Shown: positions 35,236 to 47,238 of the stretch, one piece after another
How positions within the stretch are numbered: the stretch's first letter is position 1
Layout of the letters: each line of letters starts with the position of its first letter
Assembly (NCBI GenBank): GCA_002269645.1
Contig: NIVC01001464.1
Span: forward strand, 1 to 64,000
Reading direction: 5' to 3'
DNA length: 64,000 nucleotides
Origin: Macrostomum lignano
Taxonomy: Eukaryota
Position numbers and translations under genes: made by a program
Notes under the pieces: generated by a model
Seen by the model: only the letters and a program-made list of their open reading frames with translations
The model's database searches: none
Told to the model about the DNA's origin: nothing

Positions 35236-35470
35236 GAGCAGACATTTTGTGAGCAGACATTTTGTAAGCAGACATTTTGTGAGCAGACATTTTGTGAGCA
35301 GACATTTTGTGAGCAGACATTTTGTGAGCAGACATTTTGTGAGCAGACATTTTGTGAGCAGACATTTTGTGAGCAGACATTTTGTGAGCAGACATTTTGT
35401 GAGCAGACATTTTGTGAGCAGACATTTTGTGAGCAGATATTTTGTGAGCAGATATTTTGTGAGCAGACAT
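35236..35470. repeat. 15-bp minisatellite GACATTTTGTGAGCA
   Basis: Direct reading. Confidence 0.95.
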
Positions 35471-36127
35471 TGCCTTCGCCAATCTTCACAAGCTGCTCTT
35501 TGGAAACGAACTGGTCCGCCAGTGTCTTCAACGCCTCCTGCGCTCCCCGGCCAGCCCATCCGTTGCTTTGTGGTTGGACAGAAGTTCCGTTTTCCAATGT
35601 GTACTTCGGCCCCACTTCTCCTGTCCATGTGCAGTCTATTGTTTTCTTTTTTTCTGCTGGTAGGCATTTCTACCCAGTTTTCTGCGCTTGCTCTGTCAGC
35701 CCCTCCGATGTACGGGAATGACTTTCTGTGACGGCTGGGTACGCTTGCTTTTCTCTCGCTGCCTTCCCTCCAACCAGCCTTGGAAATTCTGTTGCGGGTC
35801 TTTCTGCCCCTCTGCCCCTCTGCTGTCTCTTCCTTTTAACTCAAGTACCGCGTTTGCTTGCTGCACAGCCTCCTGCCTGCTTTTGCTAGTTCCGCCTGTG
35901 AGTCTCTGCCTGCCGCTTCATCAGCAGACTGGCGAGTTCAAAATCATAACTGGCGATTGGTGAGTCCTGCTCTGCCCTGCTGCAGTCGGCTGGGCTGGCA
36001 TTGGAGTGAGCTGTCAATTAGGCTTGCGATTGCTCAACGACCAAATCCTTTACTCTGAGTTGATAAACTGCCTTTTGCTCGCCTCTCCCTCCTTCCCTTC
36101 CTTGCCTTCGAGTTCCGTTTAAACTGT

Positions 36128-36376
36128 GATCTGTCACTCTGGGCTGGAAACTGAGCACTGTGATCTGTCACTCTGGGCTGGGACCTGAGCACTGTGATCT
36201 GTCACTCTGGGCTGGGACCTGAGCACTGTGATCTGTCACTCTGGGCTGGGACCTGAGCACTGTGATCTGTCACTCTGGACTGGGACCTGAGCACTGTGAT
36301 CTGTCACTTTGGTCTGGGACCTGAGCACTGTGACCTGTCACTCTGAGCTGGGACCTGAGCACTGTGATCTGTCACT
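36128..36376. repeat. 34-bp minisatellite GAGCACTGTGATCTGTCACTCTGGGCTGGGACCT
   Basis: Direct reading. Confidence 0.92.
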
Positions 36377-36384
36377 GAATGGAT

Positions 36385-36560
36385 TGATGAATGAGTGAAC
36401 CGGTAACTGAGAAAGTAAATGCATTGCTGAATGAGTGAACAGGTGATCGGGAGAGTGAGTGCATTGCTGAATGAGTGAACAGGTGATCGGGAGAGTGAGT
36501 GCATTGCTGAATGAGTGAACAGGTGATCGAGAAAGTGAATGCATTGCTAAATGAGTGAAG
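36385..36560. repeat. 40-bp short array GCATTGCTGAATGAGTGAACAGGTGATCGGGAGAGTGAGT
   Basis: About 4 copies. Confidence 0.85.
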
Positions 36561-36809
36561 AGGCGACAAAGAATACTAAATAAATATGGAGGAAATTTGC
36601 ATATTGAATCGATACGCTGCTCACTTTTTCACGAGCGTCCTGTCGGATGAGTTCGTTGAAGGTTGCCGATCCCGCCGCGTCCATCACGCGGACTAAGTTT
36701 AACTAAAATACTAAAATGAAATTTATAGTATATTACTGATTGAGAAACAAGCGATTTAAAACGATTTTCATGACATTTGCACTATTCGATCAATTTTTTC
36801 TCCGACCAT

Positions 36810-37185
36810 TCATATCTCCTGGTGGGTCGCCATAACTCCGAAAACTAAAATAGCATTGGACATTGCTAGAACTTTCGTTGTTATGAAATTTCGGGTTTGG
36901 GATGCCCCAGGCTCCGACTTCTGAACCTCAGGCTCCGGCTTCTGAACCTCAGGCTCCGGCCTCTGAACCTCAGGCTCCGGCTTCTGAACCTCAGGCTCCG
37001 GCCTCTGAACCTCAGGCTCCGGCTTCTGAACCTCAGGCTCCGGCCTCTGAACCTCAGGCTCCGGCCTCTGAACCTCAGGCTCCGGCTTCTTATGGTGGCG
37101 CGCCTTGTGTTTTCGCAGGCTGTCCTTTCCGCCTTTCACGCGCTTGCTGCACTCAGGGCAGACGACTGAATTCCTGTACCCATTG
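36810..37185 (-). CDS. Possible exon/ORF: C2H2 zinc finger followed by (PEPEVQ[R/K])n
   Basis: Frame upstream of the ORF-track start reads VVCPECSKRVKGGKDSLRKHKARHH; in-frame 21-bp repeat 36918-37088. Confidence 0.4.
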
Positions 37186-37763
37186 AGGTGATAAAGTTAA
37201 GACGATTTAGTTAACTATAAACTATCTAATGAAGTCACTAGACACTCTCTAATAATGTCAATTCACAGCACAACTTGTAATCTCCCGTAAACCTAGAATA
37301 TCATAGGGCCTAGCAGCTGACTCATGGCACATCGCCTCACACCCACTTGCTGAAGCATTCAATAGGCCCGACCTTGCGGACTCCTCTATATCAATTTCCA
37401 ATACTTAGCTTTCTGCCTCCTCTTCTGGAGCAAGTTATAAAGCTCAATAACTTTCAGTGAATACAATTTTCAGCAGAGAAGCAACTAATGTCCAGAGAAG
37501 ATTAAGAAAACTTTTTTGACAAACTTAACATGAAATAATTTGTGATTTGAATTGGCCTAGTAAGTATAGTGTACTACTAATCCTAAAAAACGATTTATCC
37601 TAATCAAGTGATCACTAATTTCTTTTCAAAGTTTCAAAGCTTGCTTAGGAAGAGACATCATCAGACACATGAAAAAACTCGTCAAACAGATAATTAGTAT
37701 AGACGGGAAAGACTTGGATTTTTTATCTAAAAGCAGAAATAAGATAAATTAATAAAGATGCAC

Positions 37764-38579
37764 TCACTCATCATTTAACTGGCTTGAAGAGATGGCGTTC
37801 ATCTGAGAAACCACAACCTCCTGGGACTCCTGATACTTTCCCATCAGGAATTTTATCTCGCTTTGGTGGCTCTGTTGGATGTGCTGCGTCGCGAGTTTCG
37901 AATCACGCACGCACTTGGTGCTGAACGCACAGAACAGCGTTCGACCAGCCGATGTTGCTGCTGCTGCCGCTGGTGGTGCTGCTGATGTTGCTGCTGCTGC
38001 CGCTGGTGGTGCTGCTGATGTTGCTGCTGCTGCCGCTGGTGGTGGTGCTGATGTTGCTGCTGCTGCCGCTGGCGGTGCTGCTAATGTTGCTGCTGCTGCC
38101 GCTGGTGGTGCTGCTGATGTTGCTGCTGCTGCCGCTGGTGGTGCTGCTGATGTTGCTGCTGCTGCCGCTGGTGGAGGTGCTGATGTTGCTGCTGCTGCCG
38201 CTGGCGGTGCTGCTAATGTTGCTGCTGCTGCCGCTGGTGGTGGTGCTGATGTTGCTGCTGCTGCCGCTGGTGGTGCTGCTGATGTTGCTGCTGCTGCCGC
38301 TGGTGGTGCTGCTGATGTTGCTGCTGCTGCCGCTGGTGGTGGTGCTGATGTTGCTGCTGCTGCCGCTGGCGGTGCTGCTAATGTTGCTGCTGCTGCCGCT
38401 GGTGGTGCTGCTGATGTTGCTGCTGCTGCCGCTGGTGGTGCTGCTGATGTTGCTGCTGCTGCCGCTGGTGGTGCTGCTGATGTTGCTGCTGCTGCCGCTG
38501 GTGGTGCTGCTGCTGCTGTCATTGTTGATGCTGCTGCTTGGCACTCAACAGCGATCAATTTCAAATTTTCCGAAGCCAC
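37764..38579 (-). CDS. Possible ORF: Ala/Pro repeat (33-bp minisatellite, 37951-38512) followed by a degenerate C2H2-like motif
   Basis: (TSAAPPAAAAA)n then FCAFSTKCVRDSKLATQHIQQSH; the coding status is weak. Confidence 0.25.
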   Translation of the reverse strand: MASENLKLIAVECQAAASTMTAAAAPPAAAAATSAAPPAAAAATSAAPPAAAAATSAAPPAAAAATLAAPPAAAAATSAPPPAAAAATSAAPPAAAAATSAAPPAAAAATSAPPPAAAAATLAAPPAAAAATSAPPPAAAAATSAAPPAAAAATSAAPPAAAAATLAAPPAAAAATSAPPPAAAAATSAAPPAAAAATSAAPPAAAAATSAGRTLFCAFSTKCVRDSKLATQHIQQSHQSEIKFLMGKYQESQEVVVSQMNAISSSQLNDE

Positions 38580-40432
38580 TAGCGAGCTGCTTTGAGTAAG
38601 CTTCTAATCGATAGCCGTTGGCGAAAAACTGCTGCTTTGCTGTTGGGAGCCAGCTACAATCGAACTGTTTTCCACTGGCAATTCACTGCCACTAAGTAAA
38701 TCCTCAAGAAAACTATATTCTGTATCACCCATGCTTAAGGTAATAAATCGCGACTTACGAGGTAGAAATAGAAAACTAGCTCATGAAACACTTCTGTCAG
38801 CCCAAACAGCCCTGCTTTTATCTGTGCAAAATACACTGCTTTGATCCTATTGGAGCTCCTATTGGCTGGCGCCGCAAGGGTGGGTAATGCATCGCTTCAA
38901 ACTGAAAGGGAATTCTGAGAACGAGGCCCCTTAAGCCAGCTCCCATTGGCTGGAGCGGAAGGGTCAAACTGAGGAGAAAGGAAGAAGAAACTCCCCACCC
39001 CAACCCACACGCAGCCGAATGACTCTGCCCAAAATCCTACTCTAAATCGCTAAAAAATCTCCTCTACAAGTTCAGCAGCGCATTTGTTTGCAATATTTCT
39101 GACAACATTTCACCTATCATAGCTCGTATATCCTATGCATTCTTCTTATCACAAATTTTGCTCTTGCACTCCTTTAGGTGGTAGATAGGTATTAGAAAGT
39201 GGGGGTCACAGCAATGTATACAAAAAATCACAGATGTAAAAAATATAAAAAGAGACTCACCCGCCTCAGCTTATCCCAGCAGCTAAGACTATCGGTATAG
39301 AGCCTGGCATGAAATAACTCTGCATATTCACTCAAACATACAGGAAAGGTCTTGGAGCCGTTATAATCCCTTCATCTAACTGATTCAGCTGCCTCTGTAA
39401 ATCTCGGCAGCTCAGACTCTCCTATACTTAGAACAGAGTCAGGTCTGGATTAATGAGGTATAAGGTTGAGTAGCTATAAGCATAACAAAGGCGGTCACTT
39501 GTTGCGTAACAGTCAGGATTTTTATGAGGGTTAGGGTCACTGATCAGAGCGCCAAAATTTTGACCTGCAAAAAGTGAGTTACAGTACATTTCCCAGCAAC
39601 TGTTAGTCTAGATATTGACTGCCTTGCGGCGCCAAAATGAGAACCTGTGGCGCTAAAATGAGTGCGTGTGATGCCAAAATGAGTGCTAACAACACCGATT
39701 CTCGAAATAATGTAGGTTTTTATTCAGGTAGATTTCTTTGCTTTGTCCCTCCCCACTTTTAATTCCTTGGCGATGCCCCTGCACTCCTTTCTGTACTTCT
39801 CAGTTATCCTTTAGCTATATTTGGAATGAGATGGATGCCTGGTCTCACTGCAGCATTTTCAGCCAAAAACACAGAAATTGAGGTACTTGAGAGTCGTTAA
39901 CATCTCTTCATCAAACAGGATTTCTGAATGCGCACCTGTCTTTCACTGCCATTGAATTTGATTCTTATTTATTAAGATGGGGTCCGCTAAGTGGGAGTTT
40001 TGTATCAAATGAACAGAAAACCGTTTATTTTGATAAGATTGAAATGGTTTGCAAATAAAAGTATGAGTATTTTCAACGCAATTCTTTGATACTGCGCAAA
40101 CAAAGATAAAGGTGAATTCGATAGGCTTGTTATCTTGCAGATATTACAAAAAGATTCTTTAAATACCTGCAACACATTTTTTCGGCGTGATGGTTCTTGT
40201 ACCGCCTTCTCAGAGTTGTGTTACATAATTTCAATAGGTTAGTTGACGATAAAAAAAAAGCAATAAAAATGTTAATGTCATCGCAAAATGGAATATTGCA
40301 TATACAATTGAGAGCTAAAATATGTAAGTTTTTATAACTTTTAACAAATTCGAAAAACAAAATACATTTTTTCAACAGAAAGTACATTTTTCATAACGAC
40401 AGTTTAAAACTGCTTTGAGTTTGAAACGCCTC

Positions 40433-41637
40433 CTAATCAGACAGCCAAGGAAACTCAGCTTCCAGCTCTGAATTGGACTGGCCGTCAAGGTAGTCAAATC
40501 TGAGCTCTTGGCCTGCCGCTTCGAATTGAGTTGTCGTAAAGTAAATAGCTGGTCGAGATTTGTCTGGCAAAATAATTAGTCGCTGCTTGCAGTTGGGTGC
40601 CGAATGCGAATGATTTAAATAGCGTCCATTGGAGGAGCTGAATGTCGCATCAACGCAGTACTTTCTGCCGAATGCCTTTTTTCCAGCGTTTGCTACTGTT
40701 ATGGCGCATTCATCACGTAGTTGCAGGCGGCGAATGATATCCTGGTGACTAGTGCATGGTCGATAATTGACATTGCTGCGCAATGCCCTTTCTGGCAGCC
40801 GTCGAAACTCCCTGATGGATACAGCAGAAACCGGCAGACCGGCTTCTGGCGGACCGGCTTCTGGCAGATTGTCTTCTGGCGGACCGGCTTCTGGCAGATT
40901 GTCTTCTGGCAGACCGGCTTCTGGCAGACCGGCTTCTGGCAGACCGGCTTCTGGCAGACCGGCTTCTGGCAGACCGGCTTCTGGCAGACCGGCTTCTGGC
41001 AGACCGGCTTCTGGCAGACCGGCTTCTGGCAGACCGGCTTCTGGCAGACCGGCTTCTGGCAGACCGGCTTCTGGCAGACCGGCTTCTGGCAGACCGGCTT
41101 CTGGCAGACCGGCTTCTGGCAGACCGGCTTCTGGCAGACCGGCTTCCGGCAGAGTGACATCAGGCCGAACGACCTCAGCCAGAGCGCCTTGAGTAGTATC
41201 GTTCTGAACGTCAGACACAGTAGTGACATTGACAGTGACGGAAGTTGAAATTTCTGTTGAAGCTAATCGCTGCTCCAGACGGGGTAAAAAGTCAGTATCC
41301 GGATGTAACGGCTTCGCTGCATTTGTTGGATTCAAGATATAAGTTTTCAGCGCGGTCAAATAGCTTGTTGCAAATTGACGACCCAGGGCTTCAGCCTTGG
41401 CGCCTGACACTCTTTTTTATAAACTTTATATTCACGGCTATGGGCGGACTTGTAGTGCCGCAACATATCCTTCTCAAAATGGGTACAAAGAAGCTGCACG
41501 TCTTTTTTGCGTAACAACTTAGCGAATTCTAGTATTGGTCCAGACTCTCGACCATGAATATTCCTGACGTGTCGTGCAACATTGTCTTTACGACAGTTAT
41601 CGGCACTTGTGCAAAGTGGACAGCTAATTGAAGCCAT
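40433..41637 (-). pseudogene. C2H2 ZnF plus partial SETD8/PR-Set7-like SET domain gene, frameshifted near 41400
   Basis: ATG 41637 CPLC...RKDNVARHVRNIH; second frame carries (PEAGL)n and YCVDAT...GRYLNHS...NC...AGQELRFDY.D...FPWL, matching the KMT5A C-terminal half; the N-terminal SET segment appears deleted. Confidence 0.65.
40829..41150. repeat. 15-bp minisatellite GGCAGACCGGCTTCT (in-frame PEAGL on -)
   Basis: Direct reading. Confidence 0.95.
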
Positions 41638-42125
41638 TGGCGAATTGTTTAGACTCCTTTTGTTAGTAGCTCGATAAAAAAGTCGAATTTGTTATTGGAA
41701 AATAATTATTTATGAAAGCAGAACATAGGATATACGAGTAATCCATATATAAATGATTTCTAATAGGTCGATCTGAATTGCGTCATTGGCATACATGCAA
41801 TTGTATTCTAGCATCTCATAAAACCACCCTGGCTATGTAAATAGAAGTGATTCGATTTGGTGTTTAGGGTTTTAAAGGGGGTGATAGAGTCAAGAAGCGC
41901 GGAACCAACCATACTGACAATGGATGAGTTGTCACTGAAAAAGGGTGAGCCATATTTTAATCATAACACAGCACCACGCGATCGATTGTTTCATAATATA
42001 CCAGGGTATAAAACCAAATCGCCTACTTGCGAAAACTTGAAAGTTCGCACATTCACGGTCAGTGTGAAAGCTTGGCACGGCACTATAGGAATTCATAGCC
42101 GAGAATTTCCTCTCTAAACTGAAAA

Positions 42126-42538
42126 GGCCGTATGCAGAAAGCTTAGTCCAGACTAGCTAGTCCGGACTTGGGTAGTTCAGTCTATAGTCTATGGTCTAGC
42201 TACCTTAGTTCTGTCTATAGTAGACCGGTCTAAGTTTATGTTTCTGCATACCAAATCCAAGTCCAGACTAGCTTTTCAAGACCGGACTACCCTAGACAGA
42301 GCTTTCTGCATACGGCCCAAAATCTCACTATGGGCCGTATGCAGAAAGCCTAGTCCAGACTAGCTAGTCCGGACTTGGGTAGTTCAGTCTATAGTCTATG
42401 GTCTAGCTAGCCTAGTTCTGCTATAGTAGACTGGTCTAACTTTGTGTTTCTGCATACCAAATCCAAGTCCAGACTAGCTTTTCAAGACCGGACTACCCTA
42501 GACAGAGCTTTCTGCATACGGCCCAAAATCTCACTATG
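42126..42538. mobile_element. Tandem dimer of a roughly 192-bp MITE with 17-bp TIR
   Basis: GGCCGTATGCAGAAAGC...GCTTTCTGCATACGGCC twice (42126-42317, 42333-42523), each followed by CAAAATCTCACTATG. Confidence 0.8.
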
Positions 42539-43357
42539 TATCAATAAATGAAAGTTTTTTCACACAGCGTGGCACCTAGCTCCGTGCAAGAAAGTTTAGT
42601 CCGAAATGCGCTATGTATGAGCAATAATCAATCAACAGATTGAATCTATAAAATTAGTGGAGTAAAAACTAAAAAGGAAACCGCGAGACTCGCAAGAACT
42701 CCTTTCCCTCAAATCCATAGCTGAATCCCATGACCCGCGAATCCCATCTTCCGAATCCTCTACAAATCTTTTAAATTTGAACTCATTTTCAAACAAAAGC
42801 AGGTTAATAGTTAGGATAGAAGAATTAGAAGAATAGAAAGATGAATAGAAGAATGGGTTACAAACGTTGGGGTCAGTCAGGACTGACCTTTCATCATCTA
42901 ACTGATTCAGCCGCCTCTGTTGATCTCGGCAGCTCAGACTCTCCTATACTTAGAACAGAGTCAGCTCTAAGTCTGCTTTTTCACTCAAACACACAGGGAA
43001 AGTCTTGGGGCCGCTCTAACCCCTTCACCTATGACGAGAGCTGAGGTCTTAGTCTTTTTTCCGGCCTTACTCTACAGAATTAAAGGTTTCACGTTTTAGA
43101 AATATGAAATGAGAAGTTTGAGTCGTGCCACCTTGTCGATCCGTACGTTGCCTTTTTCTGTTGCTTTCTTTTGCTTATCTAGCAACAAGTCATATTTAAT
43201 ATATTACTTTCTCTTTATTCAAGTAGTAGCCTGGCTAGATAATTCATTCGAAATTCTCGAAGTCGTAGGAAATTGGATGAAGATGTTTGGTGCCATAACA
43301 TAGGTTATTTTGTCCGCCAGAGCCACATGCAATTTTGTACGAGCTCATGTGATTGCC

Positions 43358-44100
43358 TTCCCCCTCCCTCCCCTCTTTCTCCCTCCCCTCCTTCCCCCTC
43401 CCTCTTTCTCCCCTCTCTCTCCCTCCCTCCTCCCTCCCTCCTCTCTCTCTCTCCCTCCCTCGCCTCTTTCTCCCTCTCCTCCTTCCCCTCCCTCTTTCTC
43501 CCGCCTCCTTCCCCCTCCCTCCTTCCCTCCCTCTTTCTCCCTCCCCTCCTTCTCCCTCCCCTCTTCTCCCGCCTCTTTCTCCCTCCCCTCTTTCTCCCTC
43601 CCTCCCTCCCCTCTCTCTCTCTCCCTCCCTCCCTCTTTCTCCCTCCCTTCCCTCTTTCTCCCTCCCTTCTCTCTTTCTTCCCCTCTTTCTCCCTCCCTCC
43701 CCTCTCTCTCTCTCCCTTCCCCCTCTTTCAGGCTCTCTCTTTCTTCCTCCCCTCCTTCCCCCTCCCTCTTTCTCCCTCCCCTCCTTCTCCCTCCCTCCCT
43801 CCCTCCCTCCTCTCTCTCTCTCTTCCTCCCTCCCCTCCTTCCCCCTCCCTCTTTCCCCCTCCTTCTCCCTCCACTCTTTCTCTCTTCTTCCCTCCTTCTC
43901 CCTCCCTCCCCTCTTTCTCCCTCCCCTCTTTCTCCCTCCCTCCCTCCTCTCTCTCTCCCTCCCTTCCCTCTTTCTCCCTCCCTCTCTCTTTTTTTTCCTC
44001 CCTTCAATCTTTATCCCTCCCCTCTTTCTCCCCCTCTTTCTTCCTTCCTCTCTCTTCCTCCCCTCTTTCTGACTTTCTTCTTAGTGCCTTTCTCTTTCTT
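43358..44100. repeat. Polypyrimidine low-complexity tract upstream of ANK-cGLR copy B
   Basis: About 740 bp of C/T; the ORF-track extension 43310-44140 is an artefact. Confidence 0.95.
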
Positions 44101-44140
44101 TCCCACTTTATTTTTTCATCCAATACCGCTCTCCAGAACA

Positions 44141-45545
44141 ATGGACCAAAAACAAAGCCGACTTCAGCAACAGACCACCGAAAACATTATTGCTGCTGCA
44201 CGCAATGGTCGCTTTGAAGACGTCGAGCTTCTCGTCCCACTAATCAATGACCAATCAAACAGGGACACCTGCTGCATCAATGCTGCCGAAAAAGCGGCAA
44301 ACAATGATCACTTTGAAATCGTCGAGTTTCTCCTCTCAAAAATCAATGACCAATCAAACAGGGACACCTGCTGCATCAAAGCTGCCGAAACTGCTGCAGT
44401 TTGTGGTCACTTTGAAGACGTCAAGCATTTTCTCTCACAAATCAATGACGAATCAAACAGGGACACCTGCTGCATCAATGCTGCCGAATGGGCTGCATTC
44501 CCAGGTCACTTTGAAGACGTCAAGCATTTTCTCTCACAAATCAATGACCAATCAAAAAGGGACACCTGCCGCATCAAAGCTGCCAAAAATGCTGCAAATT
44601 ATGGTCACTTAAAAATCGTCGAGTTTCTCCTCTCACAAATCAATGACGAATCAAACAGGGACACCTGCTGCATCAAAGCTGCCGAATCTGCTGCAGACAA
44701 TGGTCACTTTGAAATCGTCGAGTTTCTCCTCTCACAAATCAATGGCCAATCAAACAGGGACACCTGCTGCATCAAAGCTGCCGAATCTGCTGCAGACAAT
44801 GGTCACTTTAAAATCGTCAAGTCTCTCATATCTCGTCTCTCAAGTGACGATCTAAAAGCGAAGCTCCGTTTCCAATGCGCAGTCAAGTCTTGCTCTCGTC
44901 TTCACGAAAATGTCGTTGCCTTTCTCGGCCTCGAGCCCCAATGGCTCTTTCAATCCAACACCATCCTCAGCTTCACTGCTGCTATGGCCATCGAACGCAG
45001 GAACTCCGTTCTCACCGACACCCTCTCTCAAATGCAGCCAGCTCAAATCACGCACCTCCTCCGTCTCTCCATCTCTCAAAGACACGTCGCTCTTGCCGCA
45101 ACACTGCTCAATCATCAGCGATTCAGCACACAGCATGTCAATCTCCCAGACGACAACACCGGAGCCACCGCTCTCATGCTCGCAGCTGATGCTGGTCATC
45201 ACGAGCTCATTCACAAACTCATCGATCTCGGCGCCTCACTGCACACTCAAGACACTCACGGTCGCACTGCTCTGTCACGAGCCTGCCAAGCCGGTCACGT
45301 GCGAGCAGCCAAGACTCTCATCGACAATGGAGCCGATGCCAGCCATCGAGACAGTCAGGGCCTCACGTGTGCGCAGCTCGCACAGCGATTTGAGCAGCGG
45401 CAGGTGCTGCGGCTGCTGAATCCCACTCAGTCAGTTGCAGTTAGTTGCCATTCCACTTGCAATCACTTCGCTACCTTACCTCGCTTTGCTTCACACATTC
45501 CAGAAACCCTCAGCACCCACAGCCAGCCGCTCAACGCCTCCATCA
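44141..45545 (+). CDS. ANK-cGLR gene copy B, exon 1: 7 divergent-type ANK units plus 3 canonical ANK repeats
   Basis: MDQKQSRLQQQTTENIIAAARNGRFEDV...; fully open; donor GTGAGT at 45546, phase 1. Confidence 0.9.
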
Positions 45546-45647
45546 GTGAGTCTGACTGTCTTCCTCCCTTGGGTTAAGCTTGGGCCACTGCAATTTTTCA
45601 ATCCGCCTCCACTGACTCCACTCTCACCTCTCCAACCAGACTCTCAG

Positions 45648-46010
45648 ACCACTACGAGCAAGACCGCCGTCTCAGCGAGGAGCTGCATCGACTGCTCAGC
45701 GATGCGGGATTCACTGAGCAGAGAGCAAAGTGTCAGCATAGACTGGCTGACTTGCTGGAAGAAGTCGCTCGAGACCTCACACAGGATTACAGGCAGATGA
45801 CGGGCAGCTACGCAGAGGGCTGGGCCAACAGTCTGGTGCAAGTGAACGGCAGGACAGCTGCAGACTCGGACATTGACTGGACGGTGCTGGTTGCTGGGCA
45901 AAATCAAAAGTTCCATCTGGAAGGTGGCTGCGAAGGAATAAGGGACTTCTGCAGAGACGCCACTCGACTGCAGGTCAAGGAGGGCCACGCACAGGTGTCA
46001 GTGGGAGCAG
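45648..46010 (+). CDS. ANK-cGLR gene copy B, exon 2: NTase catalytic motif
   Basis: ctctcAG acceptor; TGSYAEGW...DSDIDW; donor GTGAGT at 46011; phases consistent. Confidence 0.9.
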
Positions 46011-46329
46011 GTGAGTGAGGCAGGTTTATCATCAGAATGCTGAGATCCGCATGAAACAGGATTTGCTGGATTTGCCCATTAATCATTCATTTTGATTCGA
46101 TACCGAGTGGCCGAATTTCTGAGTTCACAACTTCAACCTGAGTTCAAAACCTTGCTGAAATACCACCCAGCACTCATTTCGCTTTAAATACAAATTGTGG
46201 CAACCAATTACTCCGATCGCACCTCTCTCATAGAAACAATTATTATGCAATGCCATGCACACACATTATAAGCATGCCTACAATACGCAATACGTGAAAA
46301 CCTGATCTGACAGAAAGTAAAATTCATTT

Positions 46330-47238
46330 GTAGTGCATGCGTCCTTGTCAGTTGGCAGGGCGCGTTGCACTTTGGGGCTGGTGTGGGGGGTTGGCGGGCG
46401 TGGCAGGGTCTGGCTGCCGGCCGGGCTTTGCGCGTGCCCCTCCCCAGCCGTGCCCCTGCCCCGTGCTCAGGGCTGGTTGGCTGCGGCCGGGCCAGCTTTG
46501 GCGCGGGTGCAGCCCCTCCCCCCCCCCCTAGGCGGGGTTTTGATTGGCTGGGCCGGCGTGATTTGTTTTTGTGGGCTTAGCCGGTGGGGCCATCGGCCCC
46601 AGGGTTTGGTTATTAATTGCGGCTCTAGGCCTTGCTCACGCCCTTCGCGCTGTTTCGCTTTTTCTCTGTTTCTCTGTTTGTTCTGTTCGTTCTGTTTCGT
46701 GCTTTGGAATTGGTGTGCTCGGAGAGTACAAGTTCTAGCCTAGACGGTTAAACAGCAACTCCAGCTATAGAATACGAGAAAAGAAACGCAAAAGCCTTAA
46801 GAAGGATCTCGGAGGGTAGAACCTGCACTGTACGAGCTACAACGAGCGAATCAATAAACGAAACGGCGATTTGGCCACTGGTAAGCCGCCTGCTGTTTGA
46901 GTTCTTTCTTTTCTGGGAGATTGTTAGGCTGAGTTCTTGCCAGAGCGTCATAACGCCGGGAGATCATATAGCTTTTGTAGTACTGTACCGTCTACTCTAT
47001 ATAGTGTGTACAACCTACAGTATTGAGACTAGAAGCACTCGAGAGTGTCACCACACCTCGAGCCGCAGCGTGAACTCTGAGTGTCACAAAACCAGAGCGA
47101 TCGGACTATTATCGCAGAGCGTCGTTACGCCTGCTCGTATTCATAAAAGTACAGACAGAGCGTCACAACGCCTGTTACATCACGTATAATATATATTGTA
47201 CTCGGGACTGGGCACCCAAACCGACCCGGGTTACGACA
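46330..47238 (-). mobile_element. Unclassified insertion(s) in intron 2 of copy B, one end LTR-like
   Basis: Not present in copy A; ends in GTTACGACA (TGTCGTAAC on -), a typical LTR terminus; the other end was not found. Confidence 0.35.

Noticed and set aside
35470-36120. Unique segment with ORF fragments next to the 15-bp repeat
   Set aside because: No motif recognised; could not assign it to a gene or TE.
39790-40140. Possible tyrosine-recombinase remnant downstream of the SET ORF (KTGAHSEILFDEEM...VRP)
   Set aside because: Short, interrupted by stops, and no catalytic R/H-x-x-R/Y motif visible.
46098-46165. tRNA/SINE-like A- and B-box (CCGAGTGG...GAGTTCAAAACC); similar B-box-like word at about 17540 on -
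   Set aside because: No cloverleaf or T-stem pairing; too degenerate to call.
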